DNA of 64,000 nucleotides from contig JBEQBQ010000001.1 of assembly GCA_041639695.1 (NCBI GenBank), forward strand, positions 1 to 64,000, in the 5' to 3' direction. This document shows positions 10,722 to 20,432 of the stretch, piece by piece. The position numbers were made by a program, and so were the translations under genes. Under the pieces are notes generated by a model, which saw nothing but the letters and a program-made list of their open reading frames with translations, was not told the DNA's origin and made no database searches. The first letter of the stretch is position 1; each line of letters opens with the position of its first letter. The stretch is from Candidatus Nanohaloarchaea archaeon (GTDB lineage Archaea; Nanohalarchaeota; Nanosalinia; Nanosalinales; Nanosalinaceae).

Positions 10722-10907
10722 ATGTTCTTCCAGTGCCCTGACTGCGGCTACAAACAGAGATCGAAGGCAAAGAAAAGAGTCGAGTGTCATCGCTGCGGCA
10801 GGAGCTACAAGAAAAGCGATGCCAAGAAGTTCGAGAACAAGACTCAGGGCGTTAGTCAGGAAGAAGCTGACAAAGCCAACTTCCACAAGTACTCCAGGAA
10901 AGATTAG
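10722..10907 (+). CDS. Small zinc-ribbon protein
   Basis: MFFQCPDCG...CHRCG; ATG 2 nt after previous stop (track start 10590 overextended). Confidence 0.7.
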   Translation: MFFQCPDCGYKQRSKAKKRVECHRCGRSYKKSDAKKFENKTQGVSQEEADKANFHKYSRKD

Positions 10908-10952
10908 ATCCTGAAGGAAGGGTATTTGAGATTTTCAAACCACTGATTCTAT

Positions 10953-11816
10953 ATGGACACACACAAAATTCCGGCCGAAAACTTTGATCTTGAGCTGACC
11001 ATGACATGCGGTCAGACATTCTGCTGGCACAGAACAGAGGGAGAACTCTATGGAGGAGGAAACTCGACTTTCTACACCTTCAGAAACAACGAACCGATAC
11101 TGGTCAGACAGGAGGGAGATACTGTAATAGCTGAGACCGAGCTGCCGGAGAAAGAAGTTTTAGGGGCGCTTGGACTTCACAAAGATCTTGACCTAGTTTT
11201 CTCAGGTTTTCCAGAGGATGAAAGCCTCGAGAAAGCCAAAAATGAGTACTGGGGATTGAGAGTGATTAATGATGAGTTCTTCCCATGCCTCATCGCCTAT
11301 CTCCTGTCGCCACAGAACAGAATTCCGCGTATAAAGGAGATGTTCGATGAAATCGCCAGAAACTTTGGCGGCGTAGAAGAGGTTAAAGGCGAAGAGCTTC
11401 TACGTTTCCCGACCCCAGGGGAACTGTCAAAAGCATCGGAAGACGACCTGCGAGCTCTAGGCACAGGTTACAGGGCGAAATACATAGTTGAGACTCTGGA
11501 AATCCTAGAGAATGACTTCGACCATGAAGAACTAGATTCTATGAGCTACCTCGAGGCCAGAGATTACATGAAGAATCTTTATGGCGTAGGTAACAAAGTT
11601 GCTGACTGCGTGCTACTATTCTCCAAGGGCTTCCACGAGGCCGCACCGATCGATACATGGGGCAAAAAATTTCTGGAACAGCTCTACCCCGGGCTCCACT
11701 CCGAGGACTATGATGAAGCCTCCGAGAATATGCGCGAACACTTCGGTGAACACACGGGTTACGCCCAGGAGTATCTTTTCCATGCCGCCAGGAACGGGGT
11801 GATCGAGGTAGAATGA
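10953..11816 (+). CDS. ogg: 8-oxoguanine DNA glycosylase/AP lyase (OGG1-like, HhH-GPD)
   Basis: CGQTFCW, GYRAKY, GVGNKVADC, PIDT, GYAQEYLF. Confidence 0.9.
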   Translation: MDTHKIPAENFDLELTMTCGQTFCWHRTEGELYGGGNSTFYTFRNNEPILVRQEGDTVIAETELPEKEVLGALGLHKDLDLVFSGFPEDESLEKAKNEYWGLRVINDEFFPCLIAYLLSPQNRIPRIKEMFDEIARNFGGVEEVKGEELLRFPTPGELSKASEDDLRALGTGYRAKYIVETLEILENDFDHEELDSMSYLEARDYMKNLYGVGNKVADCVLLFSKGFHEAAPIDTWGKKFLEQLYPGLHSEDYDEASENMREHFGEHTGYAQEYLFHAARNGVIEVE

Positions 11817-12028
11817 TAGAGATCGAGTTCGTTAGGGATGATCTTGGATCCGAGAAACAGAAAACACTAAAGGTAGATGGTGGGACAACAGTTAGTGAAC
11901 TTCTTGAATCGGAGGGAATTGAGTCTCAGGAAGTTTTGGTTGCGAGGAACGGCACTATTATCTCTGAAAGGCATGAACTGGAGGATGGAGACACTTTGAC
12001 CGTGATGGATGTTATCGCGGGCGGGTGA
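11813..12028 (+). CDS. MoaD/ThiS-family ubiquitin-like protein (SAMP-like)
   Basis: 71 aa beta-grasp pattern, RNG..., C-terminal IAGG. Confidence 0.88.
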   Translation: MIEIEFVRDDLGSEKQKTLKVDGGTTVSELLESEGIESQEVLVARNGTIISERHELEDGDTLTVMDVIAGG

Positions 12029-12052
12029 AGCTTTTATTGTCTAACGTTTAAC

Positions 12053-12388
12053 GTGATACTGATGGATTTCCTGGATACCGAAGGAAAGGATGAGAAAGAT
12101 ATTATTTTCGAGGTCTTCGATCTAAACGGTTTGCAGCGTTCTCTTTTCGAGGAGATGAACTCCGCAAAACTAACAGTTAAGGAGCTTTCTAACAAGGTCG
12201 ACCGGAACCGTTCAACAGTCCAGAGGGCATTACAGGACATGATGGAGAAGAATATTATCATGAGAGAAGGTAAGACCGACAGAACGGTCTACTATGTCTA
12301 TACCACTCTTCCTATGGAAGATATCCGTGAAGTTACGTTGGATGCTCTCGACTCCTGGCACCAGAATGTGAAGGAACGACTGGGCTAG
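12053..12388 (+). CDS. Winged-HTH transcriptional regulator (TrmB-like)
   Basis: TVKELSNKVDRNRSTVQRALQDM HTH followed by YYVY wing. Confidence 0.85.
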   Translation: MILMDFLDTEGKDEKDIIFEVFDLNGLQRSLFEEMNSAKLTVKELSNKVDRNRSTVQRALQDMMEKNIIMREGKTDRTVYYVYTTLPMEDIREVTLDALDSWHQNVKERLG

Positions 12389-12681
12389 AACTTCCAGAAA
12401 AGCAACGCGAAGTAGAGCAGAGATGCCACTTGACTAATTATAGGTAAAACAGGTTCTAAGGTATACCCCGCGAAAACATTTAGCAGGCCAAGTCCGGTAA
12501 CAACCAACACAAGGTTTTCAGAGTATTCGATCAACCGATTTAAGTAATATTCTAGATCCTGTTTCTCGACAACTGTCTCGACTCCTACCGCCACTAAGAA
12601 GTATTTCACAATTATTGTTGAGAATATCCAGGACTGTTCAACCCACTGGAATCCGAAACCGGTTAACTGCTCGAGAACCAT
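12385..12681 (-). CDS. Small membrane protein, unknown function
   Basis: Three hydrophobic segments; co-oriented with PRC-barrel gene. Confidence 0.65.
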   Translation of the reverse strand: MVLEQLTGFGFQWVEQSWIFSTIIVKYFLVAVGVETVVEKQDLEYYLNRLIEYSENLVLVVTGLGLLNVFAGYTLEPVLPIISQVASLLYFALLFWKF

Positions 12682-12712
12682 AGATAAACGATTGAAGAAA
12701 GGAGGTTAAAAA

Positions 12713-12979
12713 TCATTCTTCGACTTCGTCGGTCTTGAAGTCCTTGATGATTACAATATCATCGACCGACTCAACCATTCTGTAAGGAATCACGACGTTC
12801 CGTGTTCCTCCAACCTTCTGCGCAAGGTAAGAACCTTTCTGCGCGCCGACAACAACCGCTCTTACAGCGAACTTGCCGAGATTGATCTCTATATCTTTTA
12901 GCTTTCCGCAGTAGGACCCACTTTTCGTGAAAACGTCCTTCTCCTCAATATTCGAAAAGTCTAGGATGTTGTCAGCCAT
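12713..12979 (-). CDS. PRC-barrel domain protein (possibly CdpB-like cell-division factor)
   Basis: KDVFT..G.Y.GK..DIEI...VIPY..V..V.DIVII pattern; CdpB link is inference. Confidence 0.85.
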   Translation of the reverse strand: MADNILDFSNIEEKDVFTKSGSYCGKLKDIEINLGKFAVRAVVVGAQKGSYLAQKVGGTRNVVIPYRMVESVDDIVIIKDFKTDEVEE

Positions 12980-13124
12980 AGTTTTGAACCACTTTACAGT
13001 AAATGCTGTTCTACAGAAACTTATATACCTTGTCTCCGTGACTACACTGAACTATTTTATTGAATTTCAGAAGACTCGAACCATTTTAAACAGTTGGAGT
13101 CTAGAAGTTTTTCTAGGGCTTTTT

Positions 13125-13213
13125 GTCAGGGTGGCGGAGTGGTCTAACGCGGTGGCTTGCTAAGCCATTGAGGGTATTACGCTCTCACCCGGGTTCAAAT
13201 CCCGGCCCTGGCG
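13125..13213 (+). tRNA. tRNA-Ser (anticodon GCT)
   Basis: Acceptor GTCAGGG/CCCTGGC, anticodon arm GTGGC-TTGCTAA-GCCAT, long variable arm, T-loop TTCAAAT; CCA not encoded. Confidence 0.95.
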
Positions 13214-13214
13214 T

Positions 13215-13460
13215 CTAATCATTTATCTGTCTTTCTAGTTTTTGGATAGCCTCTGTAGCTTTTTCAGTCATTAGATCTCTGGTCGAATTCCTGTATTTCC
13301 ATTTTTCCGGGTTCATATCCTGTAAATGAAATTGATCGTATACTTTTCCATCTGCCTTTTGAGCGAATCTTGTGAGAAACTCTGGCTCTCCCGGTTCGGA
13401 GAATGATATGAAACTTTCTCCATGTTGTTCTTGGTTTTCAACCTGGGTTCTGTTAGGCAT
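13215..13460 (-). CDS. Hypothetical protein, possibly the 3' part of a frameshifted gene starting at 13624
   Basis: 81-aa ORF; upstream frames read as protein-like with two apparent shifts. Confidence 0.45.
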   Translation of the reverse strand: MPNRTQVENQEQHGESFISFSEPGEPEFLTRFAQKADGKVYDQFHLQDMNPEKWKYRNSTRDLMTEKATEAIQKLERQIND

Positions 13461-13657
13461 GTTCGGGTCGGAGTAAAATGCGGTGGAGTTCGGCCACCAC
13501 CTCGAACTTCATATTATCGACTACAGGAATCTCTGTGTCAAAAGAGAATTCAATACCGAAAACAGTTTCTTTGCAGTAGTCTTCTCCGTGATAAAAAGTG
13601 TGGCTCCAAACCCTTCACGGCCATAGATAAATAATGCAGATATTGGCGGGTAAAATA

Positions 13658-13735
13658 GAGGTAGTTCGAAGCGTACGCACCGAAGCTCTTCTTCCTGCTC
13701 TAAGTCTGTACGTCGTCAAGGGGTCGAACTATCTC
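13658..13735. other. Intergenic nested stem-loop, candidate structured RNA
   Basis: GAGGTAGTTCGA (13658-69) pairs with TCGAACTATCTC (13724-35); inner GCGTACG/TGTACGT. Confidence 0.45.
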
Positions 13736-13751
13736 GATATATGCCTTATTT

Positions 13752-14114
13752 CTAATCTCTGGCACTTGAAATAAGGATTTCTCTCTGCACGTGGTAAGAC
13801 TCCCTTCTAATCATCGTGAAATAACTGATAATCCCGTATAAAATCAGGATAAGCGAGGTTCCAAGGTAGGAAGCTATCTTTTGCAGTACTTGTGCCTGCG
13901 GTAGCCCGAAAGTAGCGGCCACGGAAGTAATGATCGATGCGTAGAGCAAAGCTTTGAGAAAAGTCTGCACTAGCTTGAAGTTCCTATAGTAGCTTAGGGA
14001 GCGTTCATACCTGTCGAACTGTTCTTCATCCAATCTGTCTTTTAGAAAATCTCTTACCTCCTTGTCGGCCTTGCCTAGAGGTGTCAGTTCGAACAGGTGA
14101 TGTTTCTTTATCAC
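13752..14114 (-). CDS. Membrane protein, unknown function
   Basis: GTG start, two TM segments. Confidence 0.65.
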   Translation of the reverse strand: MIKKHHLFELTPLGKADKEVRDFLKDRLDEEQFDRYERSLSYYRNFKLVQTFLKALLYASIITSVAATFGLPQAQVLQKIASYLGTSLILILYGIISYFTMIRRESYHVQREILISSARD

Positions 14115-14191
14115 ATTAGAGACTTTCTAGAACTAGCTTAAAATATCGACCGGGCCGAGATATTAAACATTTCCAGATAGAATTATGATAT

Positions 14192-15316
14192 ATGGAAACT
14201 AAAAAAGCAATTCTGGCAGTTTTATCTCTGGTAGCTCTTGGAGCGGTTCTTGGCGGGACAGCAAGTTTTATGCAACTTCAAGGCCAGATAGACCAGCTTA
14301 ATAGTTCGATACAGGACAGAGAGACAAGAGTTGTAAGCGTCCAGTACTCGGGTGAGAGAGCGGTGAGCGAAGTCTTTAATAGCGCAGATCAATCTGTTGT
14401 TTCGATCGCCGCCTTTGGAGAACAAGATTCACAGGGTTCAGGCTTTGTATACAGCAGAAGAGGGCATATAGTCACTAACCATCACGTGGTGGATGGTTCT
14501 AACCAGGTAGAAGTGACGTTCACGGATGGAAAGACAAAAAATGCCGAAATAATTGGAACCGATCCTTATACCGATCTGGCGGTTCTCAAAGTCAGTAAAT
14601 CAGGTCTTAAACCTCTTGAACTGGCAGACTCCTCAAATATTACAGTCGGGCAGAAAGCTATCGCTATAGGAAATCCTTTCGGACTTAGAAGTTCGGTAAC
14701 TCTTGGAATAATAAGCCAGAAAGGCAGAACTCTAAGGACCTCAGAAGAGTTTTCGACACCAAATGTTCTCCAGACTGATGCCTCGATCAACCCCGGTAAC
14801 TCGGGAGGCCCGCTAATGAATATTAAGGGGGAAGTTGTCGGAGTAAACACAGCTATTGAAAGCCGAACAGGCACATTTTCAGGTGTTGGGTTTGCAATAC
14901 CTTCGAACACGGTGGAAACTGTTGTGCCTGAGATAATTTCTCAAGGTGACTACCAGCATCCGTACCTTGGTGTATCAGGATTCGATCTATCGCCGGAACT
15001 TTCGAGAAGAATGGGCTTGAATACGACTTCAGGTTTCCTTGTTGTCGATGTACCTGATGGAGAGCCGGCAGCAGAAGCAGGTATCAAGGGCGGCGGGACA
15101 ACCATAGATTACAGAGGAAGAAATCTCGATATCGGGGGCGATGTAATTATAGGTATAGACGGTCAGAAGGTCAGAGGTATTAATGATATACTTCTCTATC
15201 TTTCGAGACAGACTGAAGTAGGACAGACTGTGACTCTTAAGGTTATTCGGGATGGTGAGAGAATAGAGATTCCTGTAACTCTTGATAAGAGGCCGGAAGC
15301 GAATATACTGGGTTAA
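14192..15316 (+). CDS. htrA: HtrA/DegP-like serine protease with PDZ domain
   Basis: TNHHVV, DLAVL, GNPFG, GNSGGPL, C-terminal PDZ; N-terminal anchor. Confidence 0.95.
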   Translation: METKKAILAVLSLVALGAVLGGTASFMQLQGQIDQLNSSIQDRETRVVSVQYSGERAVSEVFNSADQSVVSIAAFGEQDSQGSGFVYSRRGHIVTNHHVVDGSNQVEVTFTDGKTKNAEIIGTDPYTDLAVLKVSKSGLKPLELADSSNITVGQKAIAIGNPFGLRSSVTLGIISQKGRTLRTSEEFSTPNVLQTDASINPGNSGGPLMNIKGEVVGVNTAIESRTGTFSGVGFAIPSNTVETVVPEIISQGDYQHPYLGVSGFDLSPELSRRMGLNTTSGFLVVDVPDGEPAAEAGIKGGGTTIDYRGRNLDIGGDVIIGIDGQKVRGINDILLYLSRQTEVGQTVTLKVIRDGERIEIPVTLDKRPEANILG

Positions 15317-16293
15317 GGCGAATACCTGAGAATGGCGGCAATACCTCCAAAGTTCTCAAGTCTTTCGCCGGCTTCATGATCTGTATGGATTAGAACAGTT
15401 TCTCCTCCCTGTCTCTCAACTTCTTTCTTCAGGTCAGGTTTCTCCCGGTTTTTCTCGGGAGTGATCAACAGCTTTTCAACTGCACCCATCTCTGCCAGCT
15501 CTTCTACAGGTTCTCCGTAGCTGGCATCGCCTTCCTTTTCCAGTTCTTCGAGAAGCTGCTCTATGGCTTTTGATTCTTCTGAGACTCTCGATTCTTCAAC
15601 AACTTTTTCCAAGGCTCCACGTTTTATGGCCTCGTGTAGTCCGGTTTTACCTGTAACCGAGGTGTCCTGGAGAAATGTTTTCTGTTGAAGCTCTTCGCTC
15701 AATAAGTTGTATACCTTGTTTTTCTGCATTCCAGGGCCGCATAGAATCAGGTTGTCTTTCTCCGTTCTTTCAAGCACGTTTTTCACTTTCTGGTAGAAGT
15801 CCTCTCCAGTCTTCTGATCTGCGTACATCTTGCCGGGAATGTTCTCCTCCACTTTTGAGAGATCTCTTATTCCTGATTCTTCGACTATGAAGAAGTCTGC
15901 TGAGCCTTTCTCGACCAGACAGAACAGTACTGAGTACGAACGTTTTTCCTCCCATTCCTCAAGCTTGTTCCAGTCCTCTGAGGTGAACTCTCTTTCCATC
16001 TCGAAAGTTGAGCCGGATTCAAGGTTGAAGGTATGGTATCCAAGCTCTATGTCATCTGCGCCTTTCGTAATTTCTCCTGTAACTCTCAATCTATCGTTCT
16101 CGTAAGCAGTTTTCTCAACTTCTAAGGTAAGTGTGCAGGTTTTCTTTTCCCTTCCATCAAGCTTGGTTCTCTGCGTCAGCGCTCTAATACGGTCTTCTTT
16201 CCGTATAAAGTCCTTCAATCTCCAGAGGTCGTCATCGTTTTCTATCTCTATCTCTGCGTAACCTGAACTTCTGTCAGTTTTCAGTAGCTTCAT
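15313..16293 (-). CDS. pelA: Pelota/Dom34 ribosome rescue factor
   Basis: DDLW.L, LRVTG.I, G.YHT, PGK, GGIAAILRY. Confidence 0.93.
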   Translation of the reverse strand: MKLLKTDRSSGYAEIEIENDDDLWRLKDFIRKEDRIRALTQRTKLDGREKKTCTLTLEVEKTAYENDRLRVTGEITKGADDIELGYHTFNLESGSTFEMEREFTSEDWNKLEEWEEKRSYSVLFCLVEKGSADFFIVEESGIRDLSKVEENIPGKMYADQKTGEDFYQKVKNVLERTEKDNLILCGPGMQKNKVYNLLSEELQQKTFLQDTSVTGKTGLHEAIKRGALEKVVEESRVSEESKAIEQLLEELEKEGDASYGEPVEELAEMGAVEKLLITPEKNREKPDLKKEVERQGGETVLIHTDHEAGERLENFGGIAAILRYSP

Positions 16294-16348
16294 AGAGGAT
16301 GTAACTGCTACCTACAAATAAAAACCTCCAGCCGAGACCATAATTATT

Positions 16349-17479
16349 ATGGAGGAGAAGTTTGGCGCGGTTCTTGCCGCAGGACTCGCAGTCTTCGGCC
16401 TAATGTTTGTACTAAACCAAGGAGGATTCAGTGTAGACACTCAACAACAGATGGATACACAGGTCTTCCTAGACAAAAATATAGGCCAAGTAGGCAAGTC
16501 GAATCCTGACAGAAGAAATATAGAGTTCGGGAGCTTTACTGTGGGCGAGGCAAGAGGTGACATTCAGGGATACTACAGCGAGAAAACAAGTATAAGTGAC
16601 TCTTTATTTGGTGGAGAAACACTTAAGTTTTCTTACAAAGCTGAACAGCCGCGTGAAGGAAATATAACCTTTGAAGTTCTCGGTAGAAACAATAAAGGTT
16701 CTGTTTGGGTTAAGGCAAACGGAAAGAAGGTATTTGAGGAGCCCTTAATTGGTACAGCAAGACCTCAAATTAAAATACCTCAGAAAAGGATCAAAAGAGG
16801 AGAGAACAACTTTGAGATAGGTGTTACAAGACCGGGCTTCTTCTCAAGCTCTTCTTACACGCTCGAAGAGGTCGAGTTAAGAGTTAACGACAGAAAATTC
16901 CACGACTACCAGGAAAGTTTCAACCTTTACGGATACGAACTCTCCGATTATATTGCAAGCCCTCTAAGCTTCTCAATATCTGATTCTATCAAGACTGCGC
17001 CGTTAAGAATCTATGTAAACGGCGAACAGGTCTATTCGAAACAACAGGTAAGGGTTTCAGCAGAAGAAGTGGAAGTTACACCACAGAACTCTAACCTGCA
17101 TCCGGGTGCTAACTCTATTACTTTTGAAACAGAACAACCGGCGAAATACTCGATAAGCAACGCGGATCTAACTGTGAGATATCTTGGAAACGTGGCCCAA
17201 CAAGAAATCGTTGACTACTTTGAAGCAAATGAAAAGTTCGCGTCAAGGGAGGATACGACAGAAAAGATCAGTTTCGACTACCAGAATCTACTGCCTTCAC
17301 CAAGACCGCTGAGAATAGAGCTCAACAACTTTAACACGACACTTAGTCCTGACAACGCAGTTAACAACATTACCTTGCCTGAAGGAACGATCAACAGGCA
17401 TAACCAAATCAGGTTGAACAGTAACGGAACTTACAAAATCGATAATTTGAAGGTTATATCCGAGAAGGAAGAGGAGTAA
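16349..17479 (+). CDS. Membrane-anchored extracellular beta-rich protein, unknown function
   Basis: N-terminal TM, repeated beta segments (VKANG/IYVNG, GENNF/GANSI). Confidence 0.8.
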   Translation: MEEKFGAVLAAGLAVFGLMFVLNQGGFSVDTQQQMDTQVFLDKNIGQVGKSNPDRRNIEFGSFTVGEARGDIQGYYSEKTSISDSLFGGETLKFSYKAEQPREGNITFEVLGRNNKGSVWVKANGKKVFEEPLIGTARPQIKIPQKRIKRGENNFEIGVTRPGFFSSSSYTLEEVELRVNDRKFHDYQESFNLYGYELSDYIASPLSFSISDSIKTAPLRIYVNGEQVYSKQQVRVSAEEVEVTPQNSNLHPGANSITFETEQPAKYSISNADLTVRYLGNVAQQEIVDYFEANEKFASREDTTEKISFDYQNLLPSPRPLRIELNNFNTTLSPDNAVNNITLPEGTINRHNQIRLNSNGTYKIDNLKVISEKEEE

Positions 17480-17482
17480 AAA

Positions 17483-19612
17483 ATGGGTGCGGCAGGCTGG
17501 ATTAAAGACAGAATAGTATATCTAGCTTGGTCGCTACTAGGAAGTGTGGGCTGGTGGGTATGCGATACTGAAGTAATAGGTCTAGCAGCCTGGAAAATAG
17601 ATGCTTTAGAGTCTTTACCAGGTATCGAAGCAATCGATCCTAAAGAACTGGGTTTAATACATATTATCTATCTTATAGTTCCAGTTCTCCTAGATAGAGA
17701 GGTTTTCAAGTTCTTCGGAATTGATCTTTTCGAAGGAACTTACGTAAACAGCAAAACTCCGTCCCTTGACCCTATGTATGACAGGAGCTCTGGGGAGATA
17801 AATAAAAGAGGTAATAGGGGTTCATCGAAGGATGAATCTGACCGCGGTATTATCGGAAAGCTTCTCTCAGGAATATTTGGATTCATCTTTAGTACTAAAG
17901 GACTTATACTGATAATACCTTTATTGTTGATAGGAGGGCTTCTAGCTACAGGATACGGCGCATATGCGGGTATAGCTGCAGATCAGGCTCTTGCAGGTGC
18001 AGGCCCTACTGAAGCTATTGAGGATGCTTCTTCAACATTTTCAGAGGCAAAACAGAGAGTGATGTGTCTCTTCCAAGGGCCTCAGTGCTTAAGGCAGTGG
18101 AGATTGAACAATACGAAGAGGCCGGATGCTAACGATGTGGGAGAGAACTATGGTTTGAAAATTAAGGAGTTCCGGCTTGGTTCAGGCTCCCAGTTGGATA
18201 TTGCTTTCAAAAACAAGGATTATAAGATGCCTCTATCGTTCCGAATCAGAAACACTAGGCATGGATTAAAAGGGATTAATGCTAGGGATGTGCAGTATAA
18301 GATCGAGGTAGTTGATTACGAACATGACACTCAAAATCCTTTCTGTGAGACAGGCTGGATTTACGTAAATGGCTATGATGTTGATGGTGACGACGATAAC
18401 CACGATCTTTACCCGGGAACTTCAGCTGCAACGGCCTACAAAACCCTTAACTCTCTATCGCTTGAGAACTGTAAGATGCTTTCTCCGGGAGCGGGCCAAC
18501 AAAAGACCGTTAACCTTTACCTGAGATACAATTACTTCTCACAGGCAACGCTCTACTTCGATGCGATGTCTAGAAGATACAAGAACTCTCAGAATATTCA
18601 GATAGAGACCAAACCATCGGAAACTGCTGACACTCCTGTAAAAGCAGTTCTGAACGTTGATAGTCCTGCTGTGTTTAATGAGGAAACCCTTAAGTCACAG
18701 CCGGTGGCAGTAAGAGCCACTTTATCAACTGACGAATCCGATGTTGAGTATCAGGTGAACGATTATGAAGTGACTGACTCTGAGAAGACTTGTGTGCCGG
18801 GAGAAGGAGGCTGCAGCACATCCTTTGATCTTGACGCAAGTTCCTGCGCTTTAACCCCGGTATCAGGAGGTTCAAACAAACTGGAGCTGAAAGATGAGGC
18901 CAAAAAGAGGTTAATGGCTGGTTTCAGCAGTGCGGATGATGCTATACCTGGAGACTATTGGTTCTCGGAGGACAAGCCTCCTGAACTATTCGGATGTCTA
19001 TTTACACTAGAAGATGTTCAAAGTTTGAATCCTGCGGGAGAAACCCTTACGATGGGTATAGAAGCTAACTATACTGTGAGGAAAACTGATACTCTTGATT
19101 CGTTTGAAGTGCTTAACTCGCAGTGCCGTAAGATAAACTGTCCTATAATCTTCCCAGTAGAAAACAATTTGGAAGGGGTGGTGACAGCTGAAATCAGTCA
19201 AGGTCAAGAGTACTGGACGAAAAGAAGCGCTTCATGCGACGGTATTGATGCAGGTGACGGTTGTAAGGTTGTCGAAAGCTACCAACCAAGCTATGATAAT
19301 CTTGGTTCGAAGCCTACAATTGGCCAAGGCGAGATAGCCGTGAAGTTGAGCTCCGGAAATCCTGATTGGTTCTCCTGCGAAGTAAAGAATGGTGAGGTCG
19401 AGCCGGATTACGGAAGCATAACTGGCTTTGACGAGAACAGGCTTGAATCCGTGTTTGAAGAAGAAATGGTGTTTGACTGGACGGAAGCTGGCTGGCAGAT
19501 TACAAGAGGCAAGGACGTTTGCCCTAAGTCAACAAGTTCATCGAACCAGTGCGCTGAGGACGAGGTCAGAACACAAGATGGAGAGTGTGTAGTAACTCCG
19601 TCTCTAGGTTAA
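17483..19612 (+). CDS. Membrane-anchored Cys-rich exported protein related to the downstream lipoproteins
   Basis: N-terminal TM segments; YNYFSQATL and EANYTV motifs shared with 20433-23084 proteins. Confidence 0.8.
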   Translation: MGAAGWIKDRIVYLAWSLLGSVGWWVCDTEVIGLAAWKIDALESLPGIEAIDPKELGLIHIIYLIVPVLLDREVFKFFGIDLFEGTYVNSKTPSLDPMYDRSSGEINKRGNRGSSKDESDRGIIGKLLSGIFGFIFSTKGLILIIPLLLIGGLLATGYGAYAGIAADQALAGAGPTEAIEDASSTFSEAKQRVMCLFQGPQCLRQWRLNNTKRPDANDVGENYGLKIKEFRLGSGSQLDIAFKNKDYKMPLSFRIRNTRHGLKGINARDVQYKIEVVDYEHDTQNPFCETGWIYVNGYDVDGDDDNHDLYPGTSAATAYKTLNSLSLENCKMLSPGAGQQKTVNLYLRYNYFSQATLYFDAMSRRYKNSQNIQIETKPSETADTPVKAVLNVDSPAVFNEETLKSQPVAVRATLSTDESDVEYQVNDYEVTDSEKTCVPGEGGCSTSFDLDASSCALTPVSGGSNKLELKDEAKKRLMAGFSSADDAIPGDYWFSEDKPPELFGCLFTLEDVQSLNPAGETLTMGIEANYTVRKTDTLDSFEVLNSQCRKINCPIIFPVENNLEGVVTAEISQGQEYWTKRSASCDGIDAGDGCKVVESYQPSYDNLGSKPTIGQGEIAVKLSSGNPDWFSCEVKNGEVEPDYGSITGFDENRLESVFEEEMVFDWTEAGWQITRGKDVCPKSTSSSNQCAEDEVRTQDGECVVTPSLG

Positions 19613-19617
19613 ATTAA

Positions 19618-20427
19618 TCAGCTTACAGTGAGGAGGGTCAGCAAGTTTCTTGTGGCAATCGCAAACCCGAGTAAAGCGATGAGGAAAAGGTAGTATCTTC
19701 TTTCTTCTCCCTTGACATTCCTATCGATGTAGATTACTGCTGGCACTATAATTAGGAACTTCATTACAAACATTCCTGCGGGCCCCATAACATCAATAAA
19801 GAATCTTCCGAGAACATGTTTTTCTACAGCAAGATTGAGTCCTACACCAACAGCTGTGATAGTTGCATCAAGGAAGTGAGCTGCAACCGGTAATACAAAG
19901 CTGTACTTCAAAAGTTCGGGTTTGAAATGTTCAAGTAAGATAACTCCGGCGATTGTCCAGCTCAAGGATATCCCTAAAGTCCATAGAAGAAGGTCTATGT
20001 TCTCGATAGAGTAGAAAGTTAGTAGGAAACCTAGAGCTGTCATTCCTATTATTGAAAATGGTTTGAAGTACTCAATATCTCTAAATTTGGTGATTCCGAT
20101 CGAAATAGACAGGGCTGCAAATGTAAAACCGAACATCAATATGTAGATAAATGGTGTTTCAAGCAGTACGGTGTTTAGAGCATTAATGTCTTTAAGCGAT
20201 CTTAGAGCGCCGCCTACAAAAATATAGGGCGCGATACCTATGAAAAAACCTTTATCAAGACTTATATTGAGCTTCTTTAGCAGGGGCAGCCCTATATATG
20301 CTGCCGCTAGAGCAAAAAGTGCCGAGTAAACCGCGGTGTTGAAAGGATTGTAGAAAACCGATTCGTCGGCTACAGGCCTCCAGAACTTGTCGATTAGAAA
20401 GCTTTTAACTCCTGCAAGAGTACTCAT
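19618..20427 (-). CDS. DUF63 family membrane protein
   Basis: YNPFNT..Y, PYIFVGG.LR, TPFIY, AHFLDA..T, EKHVL, LG.A.ATRN. Confidence 0.82.
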   Translation of the reverse strand: MSTLAGVKSFLIDKFWRPVADESVFYNPFNTAVYSALFALAAAYIGLPLLKKLNISLDKGFFIGIAPYIFVGGALRSLKDINALNTVLLETPFIYILMFGFTFAALSISIGITKFRDIEYFKPFSIIGMTALGFLLTFYSIENIDLLLWTLGISLSWTIAGVILLEHFKPELLKYSFVLPVAAHFLDATITAVGVGLNLAVEKHVLGRFFIDVMGPAGMFVMKFLIIVPAVIYIDRNVKGEERRYYLFLIALLGFAIATRNLLTLLTVS

Positions 20428-20432
20428 GTAGT

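Noticed and set aside
12927-13163. ORF-track 78-aa ORF; also the 5' part of 58288-58623
   Set aside because: Both overlap tRNA genes
13649-13660. 12-mer GGTAAAATAGAG also present at 58030-58041, next to both structured elements
   Set aside because: Many 12-mer matches are expected by chance in 64 kb; may just be T-rich terminator-like sequence on the minus strand
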